Of a stretch of 64,000 nt of DNA, positions 8,643 through 17,529 are shown in pieces (the stretch's first letter is position 1; each line of letters starts with the position of its first letter). Under the pieces are notes generated by a model that saw only the letters and a program-made list of their open reading frames with translations, was not told the DNA's origin and did not search any database. The stretch covers positions 2,400,001 to 2,464,000 of the forward strand of contig OY969767.1 in NCBI GenBank assembly GCA_963702895.1, written 5' to 3'. Position numbers and translations under genes: made by a program. Origin of the DNA: an uncultured Elusimicrobia bacterium (lineage in GTDB: Bacteria > Elusimicrobiota > Elusimicrobia > 2-01-FULL-59-12).

Positions 8643-9203
8643 TTAGCGTGTTTTCTCGAATATCACTTCGCCGGCGAAGGCCGGGATTTTCTTCAAGTGA
8701 TAGGGCTGGATGGCAAACGGTGGGGTAAAGACACCCTGCATTTTTTTGATTTCCTTGTAGCGTACCACAAGCACCCTTTCTCCCCCCTCGCGCTCTTCTG
8801 TACGAATCTTTCGGATTTCGATTTCGAAGTTGGGGGTCCCCTTTTCGCCTAAGAAAACGCCCACCACCATCTCTCGATCGAAGTCGACCTGCGGCACGCG
8901 CGCAAGTTTGGGGGAATAAGGAGTCATCGCCTGCTGCCAGAAAGACGCCCATTTGTCTTGATGGCGAAAGGCGGCCAAGCGCGGCTCTTGGACAGCGCAC
9001 CGGAGGCCGCGCCACTCTCCGTCCTTGACAACCGGCTCCGGCAGGCGCAGGCCCGCCGGCGGCTCCGGCGGCAGAACGAGCTTCGGCAGAGGAAGATCGG
9101 TGAGCTCGGGGTCGCCGTCGGCAGCCAAGACGAGGGGTGAGGGGCGAAGGGCGAAGAGCGAAAAGAGAGCCGCGAAGAAAAATTTTCGAAGATCAGACTT
9201 CAA
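8643..9203 (-). CDS. Exported PrcB C-terminal domain protein
   Basis: Signal peptide; PQVDFDREMVVGVFLGEKGT...QPYHLKKIP pattern. Confidence 0.7.
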   Translation of the reverse strand: MKSDLRKFFFAALFSLFALRPSPLVLAADGDPELTDLPLPKLVLPPEPPAGLRLPEPVVKDGEWRGLRCAVQEPRLAAFRHQDKWASFWQQAMTPYSPKLARVPQVDFDREMVVGVFLGEKGTPNFEIEIRKIRTEEREGGERVLVVRYKEIKKMQGVFTPPFAIQPYHLKKIPAFAGEVIFEKTR

Positions 9204-9243
9204 AGAATGTTTCCCCCTTCTCTTTTCGCCCCTCGCTCTTCGA

Positions 9244-10926
9244 TCATTTGATCTTCCGAAGGAGGATCAGTTTTCCCTCCCGCATGACCAGCTCCAGCGA
9301 CCGGCCGGGACCCGCTTGCGTAAGCTGTTTCTGGACGACGTCGCTCGTGACGACCCAGGTTCCCTGGGGCATCCGCGCAAGCGCCGCGGCCGATTCGGGC
9401 TGAGGGAAAATCCACTCCGCCGCCTCTGGCGCCTTGTCCGCGCCCATCGCGAGCTCGCCCGGATCGCCGAAGATCGCGACGCGCCGTTTTAAATAAAAAG
9501 GGAGGGTCTGCGCGACGTTTTCAAAAGAGATTCCATACGTGAGCGTGCGGTCGAGGGGCTTGGAGCGGAGCCCGATCTGCCGCGCGATCGCCTTGTTGGA
9601 AAGAAAAGGGTCCACTGGGTTGGCCAAGGATGGAAGCGACCCGAAGAAAAGCACTTGGGCCATGACCAGGCCGACAAGAGCGGCCATCGTCTGCCGCATG
9701 CCCCAGACACCCACGAGAACCGTCACGATCACGCTGAGCATGAAAGAAAGCAGACCCGCGTGGGCGCGAAGGGCCTCGGCGGCCGGATCTTGAAAGAGGA
9801 CGGCGGCCTGAGGAAGCTTCAGCACGGCCACGGCGCAGGAAAAAATCACGACCAGCCCCAGGACCCCTTTTTGCACCCAGCCAGGCGCGCGGGGTTCTTC
9901 CAGGGCCTCCTCCAAAGCGTCACCGCAAAGAAGCGCCAGCGCCGGAAGCACCGGCAGAATGGAGGCGACGAGCTTGGTCTGTGAACAGGAATAAAAGAGG
10001 GTGATGATGACGCTCCACATGAAGAGCAGGGCCTTGACCGGATCTCTATTCATCTCGGCGGCGCGGTGTCTAAAAAGATGTGTGAGGACATAGGGCAGAA
10101 AGACACTCCAAGGCAAAAAGGCCGCTGCCAGGACGGGAAGATAGAAATACAGGGGGGCTTCCCGAGGATGCGCGGCCGCAAAAAAGCTCTGCAGAGGCTC
10201 CCTAACGAAAAAGGAAGATAGAAAATCCGGATGTTTGAGCGCCATCATCACATACCAGGGAGCCGACAGAAGCCCGACGCACAGAAAGATCTCCTGCCAG
10301 GGAATTTTGGACATTTGCGTCCAGAACCTGGTGTAGGCGATCACCAGTAGCAATGCCGCTATGGGAAAAGCGACCGCCACAAGCCCCTTGGTCAGCACGC
10401 CTCCGACCACCGCCAGGATGAGGAGCGAGGACCATCGGCGCACCCGTCCCGGCAGGCGCTCGGTGAGCATGCCCGCAGAGGCGTAGAGGGAAAGAACGAG
10501 CCAGAAGGTCAAGGCCATGTCCAGGACCAGGAACTGTGTCAGGGCGAAAAAAAGAACGCTCGTCGCCAAAACCACACCGGAAAGAAGCCCGACTCGCTCC
10601 CCTTTCCACCTCCGTCCCAGGAGATAAACCAAGAGGACCGTCAGCAGTCCGAAGGTCGCACACCAGAAGCGCGCAGCGAATTCCGTCTCGCCAAAAACGG
10701 CAAGGCTTGCCGCCGTCAACACGTACAAGAGGGGGGGGTGATCCCAAGAGACGACGTAGTTGAGGTGAGGGACCAGCCAGTCGCCGCGCTCAAGCATCTC
10801 CCGCGCGATTTCCGCGATGCGCCCTTCAGCAGAGTTCCAGAGGGCCCGTGATCCCAGGGGCAGATAAAAGAGGGAAGCGCAGGCCAGCAACATCACCCAA
10901 TGCAATCGCTTGGACAACCAATTCAC
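9244..10926 (-). CDS. ArnT/PMT-family (GT-C) glycosyltransferase
   Basis: EGRIAEIAREML..GDWLVPHLN, HPPL, LTKG, multiple TM helices; GTG start after GAGGTGG. Confidence 0.85.
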   Translation of the reverse strand: MNWLSKRLHWVMLLACASLFYLPLGSRALWNSAEGRIAEIAREMLERGDWLVPHLNYVVSWDHPPLLYVLTAASLAVFGETEFAARFWCATFGLLTVLLVYLLGRRWKGERVGLLSGVVLATSVLFFALTQFLVLDMALTFWLVLSLYASAGMLTERLPGRVRRWSSLLILAVVGGVLTKGLVAVAFPIAALLLVIAYTRFWTQMSKIPWQEIFLCVGLLSAPWYVMMALKHPDFLSSFFVREPLQSFFAAAHPREAPLYFYLPVLAAAFLPWSVFLPYVLTHLFRHRAAEMNRDPVKALLFMWSVIITLFYSCSQTKLVASILPVLPALALLCGDALEEALEEPRAPGWVQKGVLGLVVIFSCAVAVLKLPQAAVLFQDPAAEALRAHAGLLSFMLSVIVTVLVGVWGMRQTMAALVGLVMAQVLFFGSLPSLANPVDPFLSNKAIARQIGLRSKPLDRTLTYGISFENVAQTLPFYLKRRVAIFGDPGELAMGADKAPEAAEWIFPQPESAAALARMPQGTWVVTSDVVQKQLTQAGPGRSLELVMREGKLILLRKIK

Positions 10927-11031
10927 CCCACCACCTCTTTTCGTCTCTTTGCGGCGACAGGACCGCCGCAAAGGCCAGCCAGCCAACTGGCTGGCGTTCG
11001 CGGTAGCGAACAGGCGAAAAGAGGTGGTGGG
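10927..11031. repeat. Four-way-junction palindrome between recN and the arnT-like gene
   Basis: 20-bp outer stem with one G-T pair, plus contiguous 10-, 9- and 6-bp hairpins. Confidence 0.85.
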
Positions 11032-11032
11032 A

Positions 11033-12691
11033 TCATTGATTTTGAGCGAGAAGTTCTTTCGCGTGCTGGACGCTCGTGGGAGTGATCTGGCTGCCCAAAA
11101 GGCGTGCGAGCTCTTCGATACGGGTCCCTGACTCCAGGCGCTCCACCATCGCGAAGGTCCGGGACTTCGACACGCGCTTGGACACCTGGAAATGAGCGCT
11201 CGCGCAGGAAGCGATTTGGGGAAGGTGGCTCACACAAAGGATCTGGTGGTGCTGGGCCAGGTTTTTAAGCTTTTTCCCCACCGTGAGGGCCGTTTGCCCG
11301 CCCACGCCTGCGTCGATTTCATCAAAGATCAGCGTGGGCACATCATCCGCCTGAGCCAAGACCGTTTTGAGGGCGAGCATCAAGCGCGACATCTCGCCGC
11401 CCGAGGCGATCTCTTTGAGAAGCGCCGCGCGTTCGCCGGGGTTGGGCGCCCACTCAAAAGCGGCTTGGTCGATTCCTGAGGGGCCCGGCTCGGCCAGCGG
11501 ATCCAGCCGGCAACGAAAGACGGCCTCTTTGAGCCCAAGACTCGCCAGCTCCGCTTGGACGGCGGCTCCAAGCTCTTTGGCGGCACGCTTCCGCTTTAAA
11601 GAGAGATCCTCACAAGCGCTGCGAAGCTGCGCGTCGCCGAGGCGCAGTTTTTCTTGGAGTTCTTCGCGGAACCGATCGGCGTTTTCCATTCGCGAGAGCT
11701 CCCCTCGCAGGGTTTCGGCATGATGAAGGATGGCTTCGACCGTCCCGCCATATTTCTTTTTGAGTCGGCTGATGAGCTCGAGGCGGGAAAGACAATGTTC
11801 CAGCGCCTCCGGATCTGCTTCCCAGCGCTCCGTCATCTCGTGCAGGCTCCGGGCGGCGTCCTCCAAACGCGTCTTGGCTTCGCCCACTTCGTGGCTCAAG
11901 GGGTGGACGTTCGGCGCGAGCTCGGCCAGGCCTTCAAAAGCCTTGCTGGCCTGGCCGAGCCGCTCAAGAGCGCTTCCTTCTTCTTCGTAGAGGGCCCCAT
12001 AGGCTGTTCGCGCAAGCATCTGAAGCTTTTCGGCGTTCTTCAGTTCCGGCAGCCGGGCCTGAAGGGTTTCTTCCTCGCCTGGAGCCAGGGCGGCTTTTTC
12101 AATCTCCGCGAGCTGGAAACGATACACATCGATCTTTTGTAAGCGCTCCTCTTCGGAAAGCGTCTGGGCGTTTTGCTGTTCTTGCAAGTCTTTCCATGCC
12201 TGGTAGAACAAACCGATGGACTCACGTCTCGGCTCAAAGCCGCCCAAGCGGTCCAAAAGTTGAAGCTGAACGGAAGGTTTCAAAACCTGCTGATGTTCGT
12301 TTTGCCCGTGAACGTCGACGAGAAACCCTCCGAGCTCCTGGAGCGTCGCTAAGGTGACCGGTTGATCATTCAAGAAGGCTTTCGAACGGCCATCGGGGTA
12401 GCCCTCACGGCGGATTAAAAGCGTGTCCTCTTTGTCAAAGCCGCGCTCCTTCCACCACGCCAGAAAGGCCCTGTCTTTCGGAGCGCTGAAGGTCCCGTCG
12501 ATCGTGGCGCGTTGTGCCCCTTGCCGGACTTGCTCCACCTTGAAGCGGTCTCCCAGAAGAAGTCCCAAGGCATCCAACACAATGGACTTGCCCGCGCCCG
12601 TCTCCCCGGTCAGAACATTGAGCCCTGGGTCTAACTCCAGCCGCAGGTCTTCGATCAATACAAAGTTTTTAATTCCGAGTTCTTCCAACAT
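11033..12691 (-). CDS. recN: DNA repair protein RecN
   Basis: LTGETGAGKS, VHGQNEHQ, ASGGEMSR, IFDEIDAGVGG, SHLPQIAS. Confidence 0.97.
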   Translation of the reverse strand: MLEELGIKNFVLIEDLRLELDPGLNVLTGETGAGKSIVLDALGLLLGDRFKVEQVRQGAQRATIDGTFSAPKDRAFLAWWKERGFDKEDTLLIRREGYPDGRSKAFLNDQPVTLATLQELGGFLVDVHGQNEHQQVLKPSVQLQLLDRLGGFEPRRESIGLFYQAWKDLQEQQNAQTLSEEERLQKIDVYRFQLAEIEKAALAPGEEETLQARLPELKNAEKLQMLARTAYGALYEEEGSALERLGQASKAFEGLAELAPNVHPLSHEVGEAKTRLEDAARSLHEMTERWEADPEALEHCLSRLELISRLKKKYGGTVEAILHHAETLRGELSRMENADRFREELQEKLRLGDAQLRSACEDLSLKRKRAAKELGAAVQAELASLGLKEAVFRCRLDPLAEPGPSGIDQAAFEWAPNPGERAALLKEIASGGEMSRLMLALKTVLAQADDVPTLIFDEIDAGVGGQTALTVGKKLKNLAQHHQILCVSHLPQIASCASAHFQVSKRVSKSRTFAMVERLESGTRIEELARLLGSQITPTSVQHAKELLAQNQ

Positions 12692-12720
12692 TATGAATGT
12701 ACTCCGGGCTTGCCTTTGAC

Positions 12721-12803
12721 GTCATCCCGGCATGTTGTTAGCCGGGATCCATCATGATCTTTACGTTCATGATAGACCCCGGCTAACGATCCGCCGGGGT
12801 GAC
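12721..12803. repeat. Cloverleaf palindromic repeat (GTCAYCCC...GGGRTGAC family)
   Basis: gtcatcccggc..gccgggatccatcatg..catgatagaccccggc..gccggggtgac; sister copies at 8555, 27270, 50477, 56161. Confidence 0.85.
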
Positions 12804-12840
12804 GACAAGGGGTTCTTGTTGTGGAAAAAAGCATATCCTT

Positions 12841-13659
12841 TTAGGCGCCGCCCCATTTCAACTTCGATTGGAGGACCTGATAAAACGTTTTCTCGGCGTC
12901 CATGAGGAGCTTGACCTGGTGTTCAGAGCGCTGGAGTGCGACCTTGTCGCCGGGATGAAGGGTCCTCACCACATGACCGTCCACGCACAAGAGTGCGTCC
13001 GGACTGGGATTGAACATTTCGACTTCCACGACCTCGAAGGCGGGCATGACGAGAGGCCTCTGCATGAGCGAATGCGGGCAAATCGGGGACAAGAGCAGAA
13101 CATCCAGGTCGGGATAGACGATCGGCCCCGAGGCGGCGAGGTTATAAGCCGTGGAGCCCGTCGGCGTGGACAAAATCAGGCCATCGCCGATGTAGCTGGC
13201 GAGCGCCCGGCCGCGCACCGAGGCCACGAGGTGCAGGATTCGCCCCGAAGAACCCGAGCGGATGACAATGTCGTTGAGCCCTGTATAGGGCCCAAACTTT
13301 TTCTGGCTGGCTCGGCCACTCACCGAAATCATCGTCCGGGTCTCGATCCGGCTTTGGCCAGACAAAACGCGCGAAAGCATCCGAAAGGCGGCGCCTGCTT
13401 CAGTCGCCGCCAAAAAGCCCAGCCGGCCGACATTGACCCCGAGCACCGGCATCTCCCATGGGGCGACTTCGCGTGCGACCGAGAGCACGGTCCCATCCCC
13501 ACCCACTGCGACAATGAAATCGGAGCCCTTCATCGCCGGCGTGACGTGGGAAGAGGCCACCACGGTCAGTTTATGCTGGACCAGCCACCGCTTCAGGCGC
13601 TGCCATTCATGGCGGGCCTGGGGTTTATCGGCGTTGTAAATGAGGGCGACTTTTTTCAT
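12841..13659 (-). CDS. nadK: NAD kinase
   Basis: GGDGT, GVNVGRLGFL, LND, GDGLILSTPTGSTAYNLAASGP; start at MKKVAL. Confidence 0.96.
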   Translation of the reverse strand: MKKVALIYNADKPQARHEWQRLKRWLVQHKLTVVASSHVTPAMKGSDFIVAVGGDGTVLSVAREVAPWEMPVLGVNVGRLGFLAATEAGAAFRMLSRVLSGQSRIETRTMISVSGRASQKKFGPYTGLNDIVIRSGSSGRILHLVASVRGRALASYIGDGLILSTPTGSTAYNLAASGPIVYPDLDVLLLSPICPHSLMQRPLVMPAFEVVEVEMFNPSPDALLCVDGHVVRTLHPGDKVALQRSEHQVKLLMDAEKTFYQVLQSKLKWGGA

Positions 13660-15019
13660 TTTTTTTCCGTCTATGGGCAAGAAAAAGGATACCAAATAAG
13701 CCCCCGTAATACAGCCCAAGCACCCAGGGAGGTGGGAGGTCCAGCGAACGCACCACCCAGGACCATCCGGCCATGCGCTCAATGAGGGTCAGCATCCATT
13801 CCACCCCTTGGCGCATGAGCCACACCAGGATCGCCGGTACGGAATGAGGGGCACAGACACCCCAGGTCCCGATCACAAGCCCCAAAACCATCAGGATCCC
13901 AGAAAGAGGAAAGAGGGTCCAGTTGGCGCAGACTCCGGCAAAGGACAGCCTGTGAAAGTAGGCGACTAAGAGCGGCCAAATCCCCATGTAGACAAACAAG
14001 CCCAGAAGCGCGGATTCCACGAGCCACCCGATCATGCGCGGCCACCACCCTTGTGGTTTGTTGTGAAAGGGATGGATCGCGTAAATACTGAGGGTCGCAG
14101 CGAAAGAGAGCTGGAAACTTGCCCCCAGAAGCGCTTCCGGCTCCCGAATGAGGATCCATGCCGCGGCCATGCATAAAGGGTAATAGGAAGGGATATCTCT
14201 GCCGAGCGCTGAGACGAGCAGCCCAACCAGCGCTGAGATGGCGGCGCGCACAACCGGCGGGTCTGAGCCCACGGCGACCGTGTAAAAAATGACGAGCGGC
14301 AAACAGATCCAAAAGGCATGGCGCCGGGGGACGGCCAGCGCCAGCAAGAGCACCAGCCCGAGGTTCACGATGAGCGACATGTTCTGGCCGGAGACCACCA
14401 TGATGTGATAGACACCCGCGCGGATACAGGCTTCTTTGAGGTCGGCTGGAAGGATCCCCCGACCACCCACCGTGACCCCCACGAGGAGCGCGGCGTGTCT
14501 TTCTGGCAAGCGCTCTTCCCAAAACGCGCGGTAGCGCCTCTGGAAGCGCCAGGCCGCGCGCGCAAGACTCCAGCGTGAGGAGCGCCGAAGGACGGTGAAA
14601 CTCTCGGCATACCAAACTTTCAGGAACGAATACACCCGACGACTCGCCCAGTAGTCGCGCGCGCGTTCCGTGGGCCTGGATAGATGGCCGCGCGCCGTGA
14701 CGCGGTCCCCGGGAGCAAGCGTGGCGTCCAACCATGGAAGCGTGACCACCACCCTTCCACCAAAAGCCTCCAGGGGGCGCGCGTGGGCCTCCATCAAAAA
14801 TCGGGTCTGCCCCCAGCGCAAGAGCGGGCTGTCCAGCACCTTTCCTTCGATCAGGACCACGGAGGCGCCTCGCAGCCTCGACAGATCATAAAGCCCCGCT
14901 CTTGGGAAGAGGCCCAGCGCGCACAGCAAGAAAATCCCCCCCATATAAAGGAGCAAAGAGCAGACCAGCGCATATCGGGATAGGGCACGGAGCATGGGTC
15001 GCCTATCCCTTAGATGCAA
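13625..15019 (-). CDS. comEC: ComEC/Rec2 competence membrane protein (no C-terminal metallo-beta-lactamase domain)
   Basis: AGVYHIMVVSGQN, PPVVRAA, SFQLSFAAT; start may be 14995. Confidence 0.88.
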   Translation of the reverse strand: MHLRDRRPMLRALSRYALVCSLLLYMGGIFLLCALGLFPRAGLYDLSRLRGASVVLIEGKVLDSPLLRWGQTRFLMEAHARPLEAFGGRVVVTLPWLDATLAPGDRVTARGHLSRPTERARDYWASRRVYSFLKVWYAESFTVLRRSSRWSLARAAWRFQRRYRAFWEERLPERHAALLVGVTVGGRGILPADLKEACIRAGVYHIMVVSGQNMSLIVNLGLVLLLALAVPRRHAFWICLPLVIFYTVAVGSDPPVVRAAISALVGLLVSALGRDIPSYYPLCMAAAWILIREPEALLGASFQLSFAATLSIYAIHPFHNKPQGWWPRMIGWLVESALLGLFVYMGIWPLLVAYFHRLSFAGVCANWTLFPLSGILMVLGLVIGTWGVCAPHSVPAILVWLMRQGVEWMLTLIERMAGWSWVVRSLDLPPPWVLGLYYGGLFGILFLAHRRKKNEKSRPHLQRR

Positions 15020-15037
15020 AAAGGGGGCCTTTATTCG

Positions 15038-15448
15038 CTATGAGTGAAGATTATTTTTGAGCCGTTCGAGAAGGTCCGACGGCAAACGGGCAGGACGCCA
15101 GCGCAGGTTGACCACGGCGAGCTTCACCCGCCCCTTGGCGATGAGCTTGCCCGCTTCGTCGTAGATTTCCGAGCCGAAGGTGAGATGAGCATGGCCCAGA
15201 TCGGAAAGAAAGGTGCGGACGGTTATGAGATCGTCATAGCGCGCGGCCGCCAGGTACTGGACATGCGATTCCATCGCCGGCATGAAGATCTTCCGCTTCT
15301 CTTCGAGGTCCCGGTAGCGCATCCCGATGGACCGGAGCCATTCGGTGCGGCCGCGCTCGAACAAGACAAGATAGTTGGCGTAATACATCACCCCCATCCG
15401 GTCGGTATCGGCATAAGAGATTCTGACTTCAAAATCAAAGTGTTTCAT
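15038..15448 (-). CDS. Acyl-CoA thioesterase (YbgC/4HBT family)
   Basis: RISYADTDRMGVMYYANYLVLFERGRTE. Confidence 0.9.
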   Translation of the reverse strand: MKHFDFEVRISYADTDRMGVMYYANYLVLFERGRTEWLRSIGMRYRDLEEKRKIFMPAMESHVQYLAAARYDDLITVRTFLSDLGHAHLTFGSEIYDEAGKLIAKGRVKLAVVNLRWRPARLPSDLLERLKNNLHS

Positions 15449-15514
15449 TCCCTGTTCCTTTGCCGGATACCGCATCCCTTTCGGGTGCGGAGGAGGCGCC
15501 GTCATACGACCGCG

Positions 15515-15589
15515 CCCTCACCCTCGGCTTTCGCTACGCTCGGCCTCTCCCTCTCCCGCGTGCACGCGGGAGAGGGTGGGGGTGAGGGC
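15515..15589. repeat. CCCTCACCC...CTCTCCC/GGGAGAG...GGGTGAGGG palindromic element
   Basis: Nested inverted repeats in an intergenic gap. Confidence 0.7.
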
Positions 15590-15847
15590 AGAGATACCGC
15601 AGGCCTTGTGCCTGCGGAGTTTCACTCGAGATAATTCACAAACGTCATTGATTGTAGAAAGATTCCGGGTGCTTTTGTGTTGACGTTCCTTGCGGTGCGA
15701 GCTCTGGCTTCAGGGAGCACCTGCGATGGTTTGGCTGATGCGGTAGAGGAGTTCAATCGATTTTTTTTGGCGCTGAAGGAAAGCCTTCGGGCTTGTCGGG
15801 GCATGAAAGGGCGACCGGCGGAAGAGCGCGGCAGAAAGGAGGTCCTG

Positions 15848-15979
15848 CTACTCCATGTAGGTTTCCCATATTTTCCAGCCCCGGTAATAGCCCACGATCA
15901 AGGCGATCAAGATGATGATCGGAACGGCGACGGAGGCAAACTGCAGGGCGAAGAAAAGTTCCTCGATGGGTAGGTTCAT
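15848..15979 (-). CDS. Small single-pass membrane protein, 43 aa
   Basis: AGGAG RBS then MNLPIEELFFALQFASVAVPIIILIALIVGYYRGWKIWETYME*; below the ORF-track cutoff. Confidence 0.6.
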   Translation of the reverse strand: MNLPIEELFFALQFASVAVPIIILIALIVGYYRGWKIWETYME

Positions 15980-16085
15980 TTTTTTCTCCTGACATCTCCC
16001 TTGTATTCACTTTCTTTTTAACATAGAACTATTACGACCATGTTAAATCTGGATAACGAAATACGCTCCGGAAAATGCATCTAAA

Positions 16086-17243
16086 ATGAACTGCCCCGTC
16101 TGCAAATATTCCAATCCCGCCGGTGCCACCCATTGCGGCATGTGCTATGAAGTTTTTAACAGGTCCGCCGCGCAGGCCTATTTGCAAGCCATTCGTCGAG
16201 AGCGTGGCCAGGCCAACCCGGAAGAGGAAGAGCCGCGGGTCACCATCATATCCCAGCGTGTCGTGGGGAGTTCCCCTTCCTTCTGGGAGCGAGTCGACTG
16301 GAAGGGCCTGCGCGAACAGGGTCTGGCCACCCTGAAACAGTACTGGAAATGGCCTGCCCTCGGGGCGCTCGTCATGGGCGCATGGATGCTGATCAGCGCG
16401 CTCTTGAGCGCCAACCTCTGGTATCACCTTTTAGGGACGAAGCTCCGGTCGGCCTATCTTGAAAAACGCCCTCTCACTTATTTGGTCGGCATGAAGCAAA
16501 ACATCAAGGTCTGGTCGGAGCGTTCCGGGCGGCTGGACACGCCGATGGAAAGACGATCCACCGATGAAATGGGCACGGTGATCATCAAGAAACTTCCAGG
16601 CAAAAGAAATTACACCGCCAAAGTGATCGTGCGAGAATGGATCCAAATCCTCAATGATGATGCCGGCTCCTCCAGTCGCACGATCCCGAAAGATCATCCG
16701 TCGCTGGCAAGCGGAAGAATCGTGCTCGACCCACGCGGCGGCATCCTGGAGCGACGCGCTGGTAATTCTCCCCGCCTTGGCAAGGCGCTGACTTTTATGG
16801 CCGCAAAATTCCCCACCCGCTCCCTTCGCTTAGGCGACACCTGGAAAGAGTATGTGGAATGGGTGGATGACTATGAGGGCTGGCAGATCGTCTGGAGAGG
16901 CTCTTTGCAATGGACGCTGGGGGAACTCGTGCCCTGCGAAAACGCGCACTGCGCGCAGTTGAGTTCGATCGCTGAGCTTCAACCCACCCTGCGCCGCGTG
17001 CCGTCCTGGGCGCGCGGCCTCACGCAGCGCGTCACAGGCAAAGCCACCGCGCAAGGCCGCGCGCAATTTGGCACCTCACAGAAGCGGCTCAGCGCGAACC
17101 ACCTTGCCTACCAGGGCCTTCTCCGCATTCCCATCTCAAAACTCGAGCGCATCCCCATGGAATTGCGCGTTGGCCGGCGCGTCAAAGGCGCGGGCGAGAT
17201 CCTGATTTACCTCGACAATAAAGTGGACACCCGAATTCATTAG
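16086..17243 (+). CDS. Zinc-ribbon membrane protein of unknown function
   Basis: N-terminal CPVC..CGMC, one TM helix, then a large soluble domain. Confidence 0.75.
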   Translation: MNCPVCKYSNPAGATHCGMCYEVFNRSAAQAYLQAIRRERGQANPEEEEPRVTIISQRVVGSSPSFWERVDWKGLREQGLATLKQYWKWPALGALVMGAWMLISALLSANLWYHLLGTKLRSAYLEKRPLTYLVGMKQNIKVWSERSGRLDTPMERRSTDEMGTVIIKKLPGKRNYTAKVIVREWIQILNDDAGSSSRTIPKDHPSLASGRIVLDPRGGILERRAGNSPRLGKALTFMAAKFPTRSLRLGDTWKEYVEWVDDYEGWQIVWRGSLQWTLGELVPCENAHCAQLSSIAELQPTLRRVPSWARGLTQRVTGKATAQGRAQFGTSQKRLSANHLAYQGLLRIPISKLERIPMELRVGRRVKGAGEILIYLDNKVDTRIH

Positions 17244-17433
17244 CACACCCGTCTCTTTCCTATCGTCACAGATTTGACACGTTCGGCAGGCGCTTTTATA
17301 TGCTTGCTTCACTTCCTTCGTTAAGCACGATGGGATGGGAAAGCCTTATTTCAAGGAGAAGCTTAACGGGGAAGACGAGGTGCCGACACGGTGTTGGAAA
17401 CGATTTTTCGTATCCCCGTCGCATACTTGACAC

Positions 17434-17480
17434 ATACTAGATATAGATGTTTGATAGCACCTGGACACCATATCTGGTAT
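17434..17480 (+). promoter_or_regulatory. Tandem NrdR boxes upstream of nrdJ
   Basis: atactagatatagatg (17434-17449) and acaccatatctggtat (17465-17480), 31 bp apart; TTGACA at 17427. Confidence 0.8.
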
Positions 17481-17529
17481 CTGCAACCCAAAAATCAAAA
17501 GATGGTCATCGGTCCGGAGGGGCTTTATC

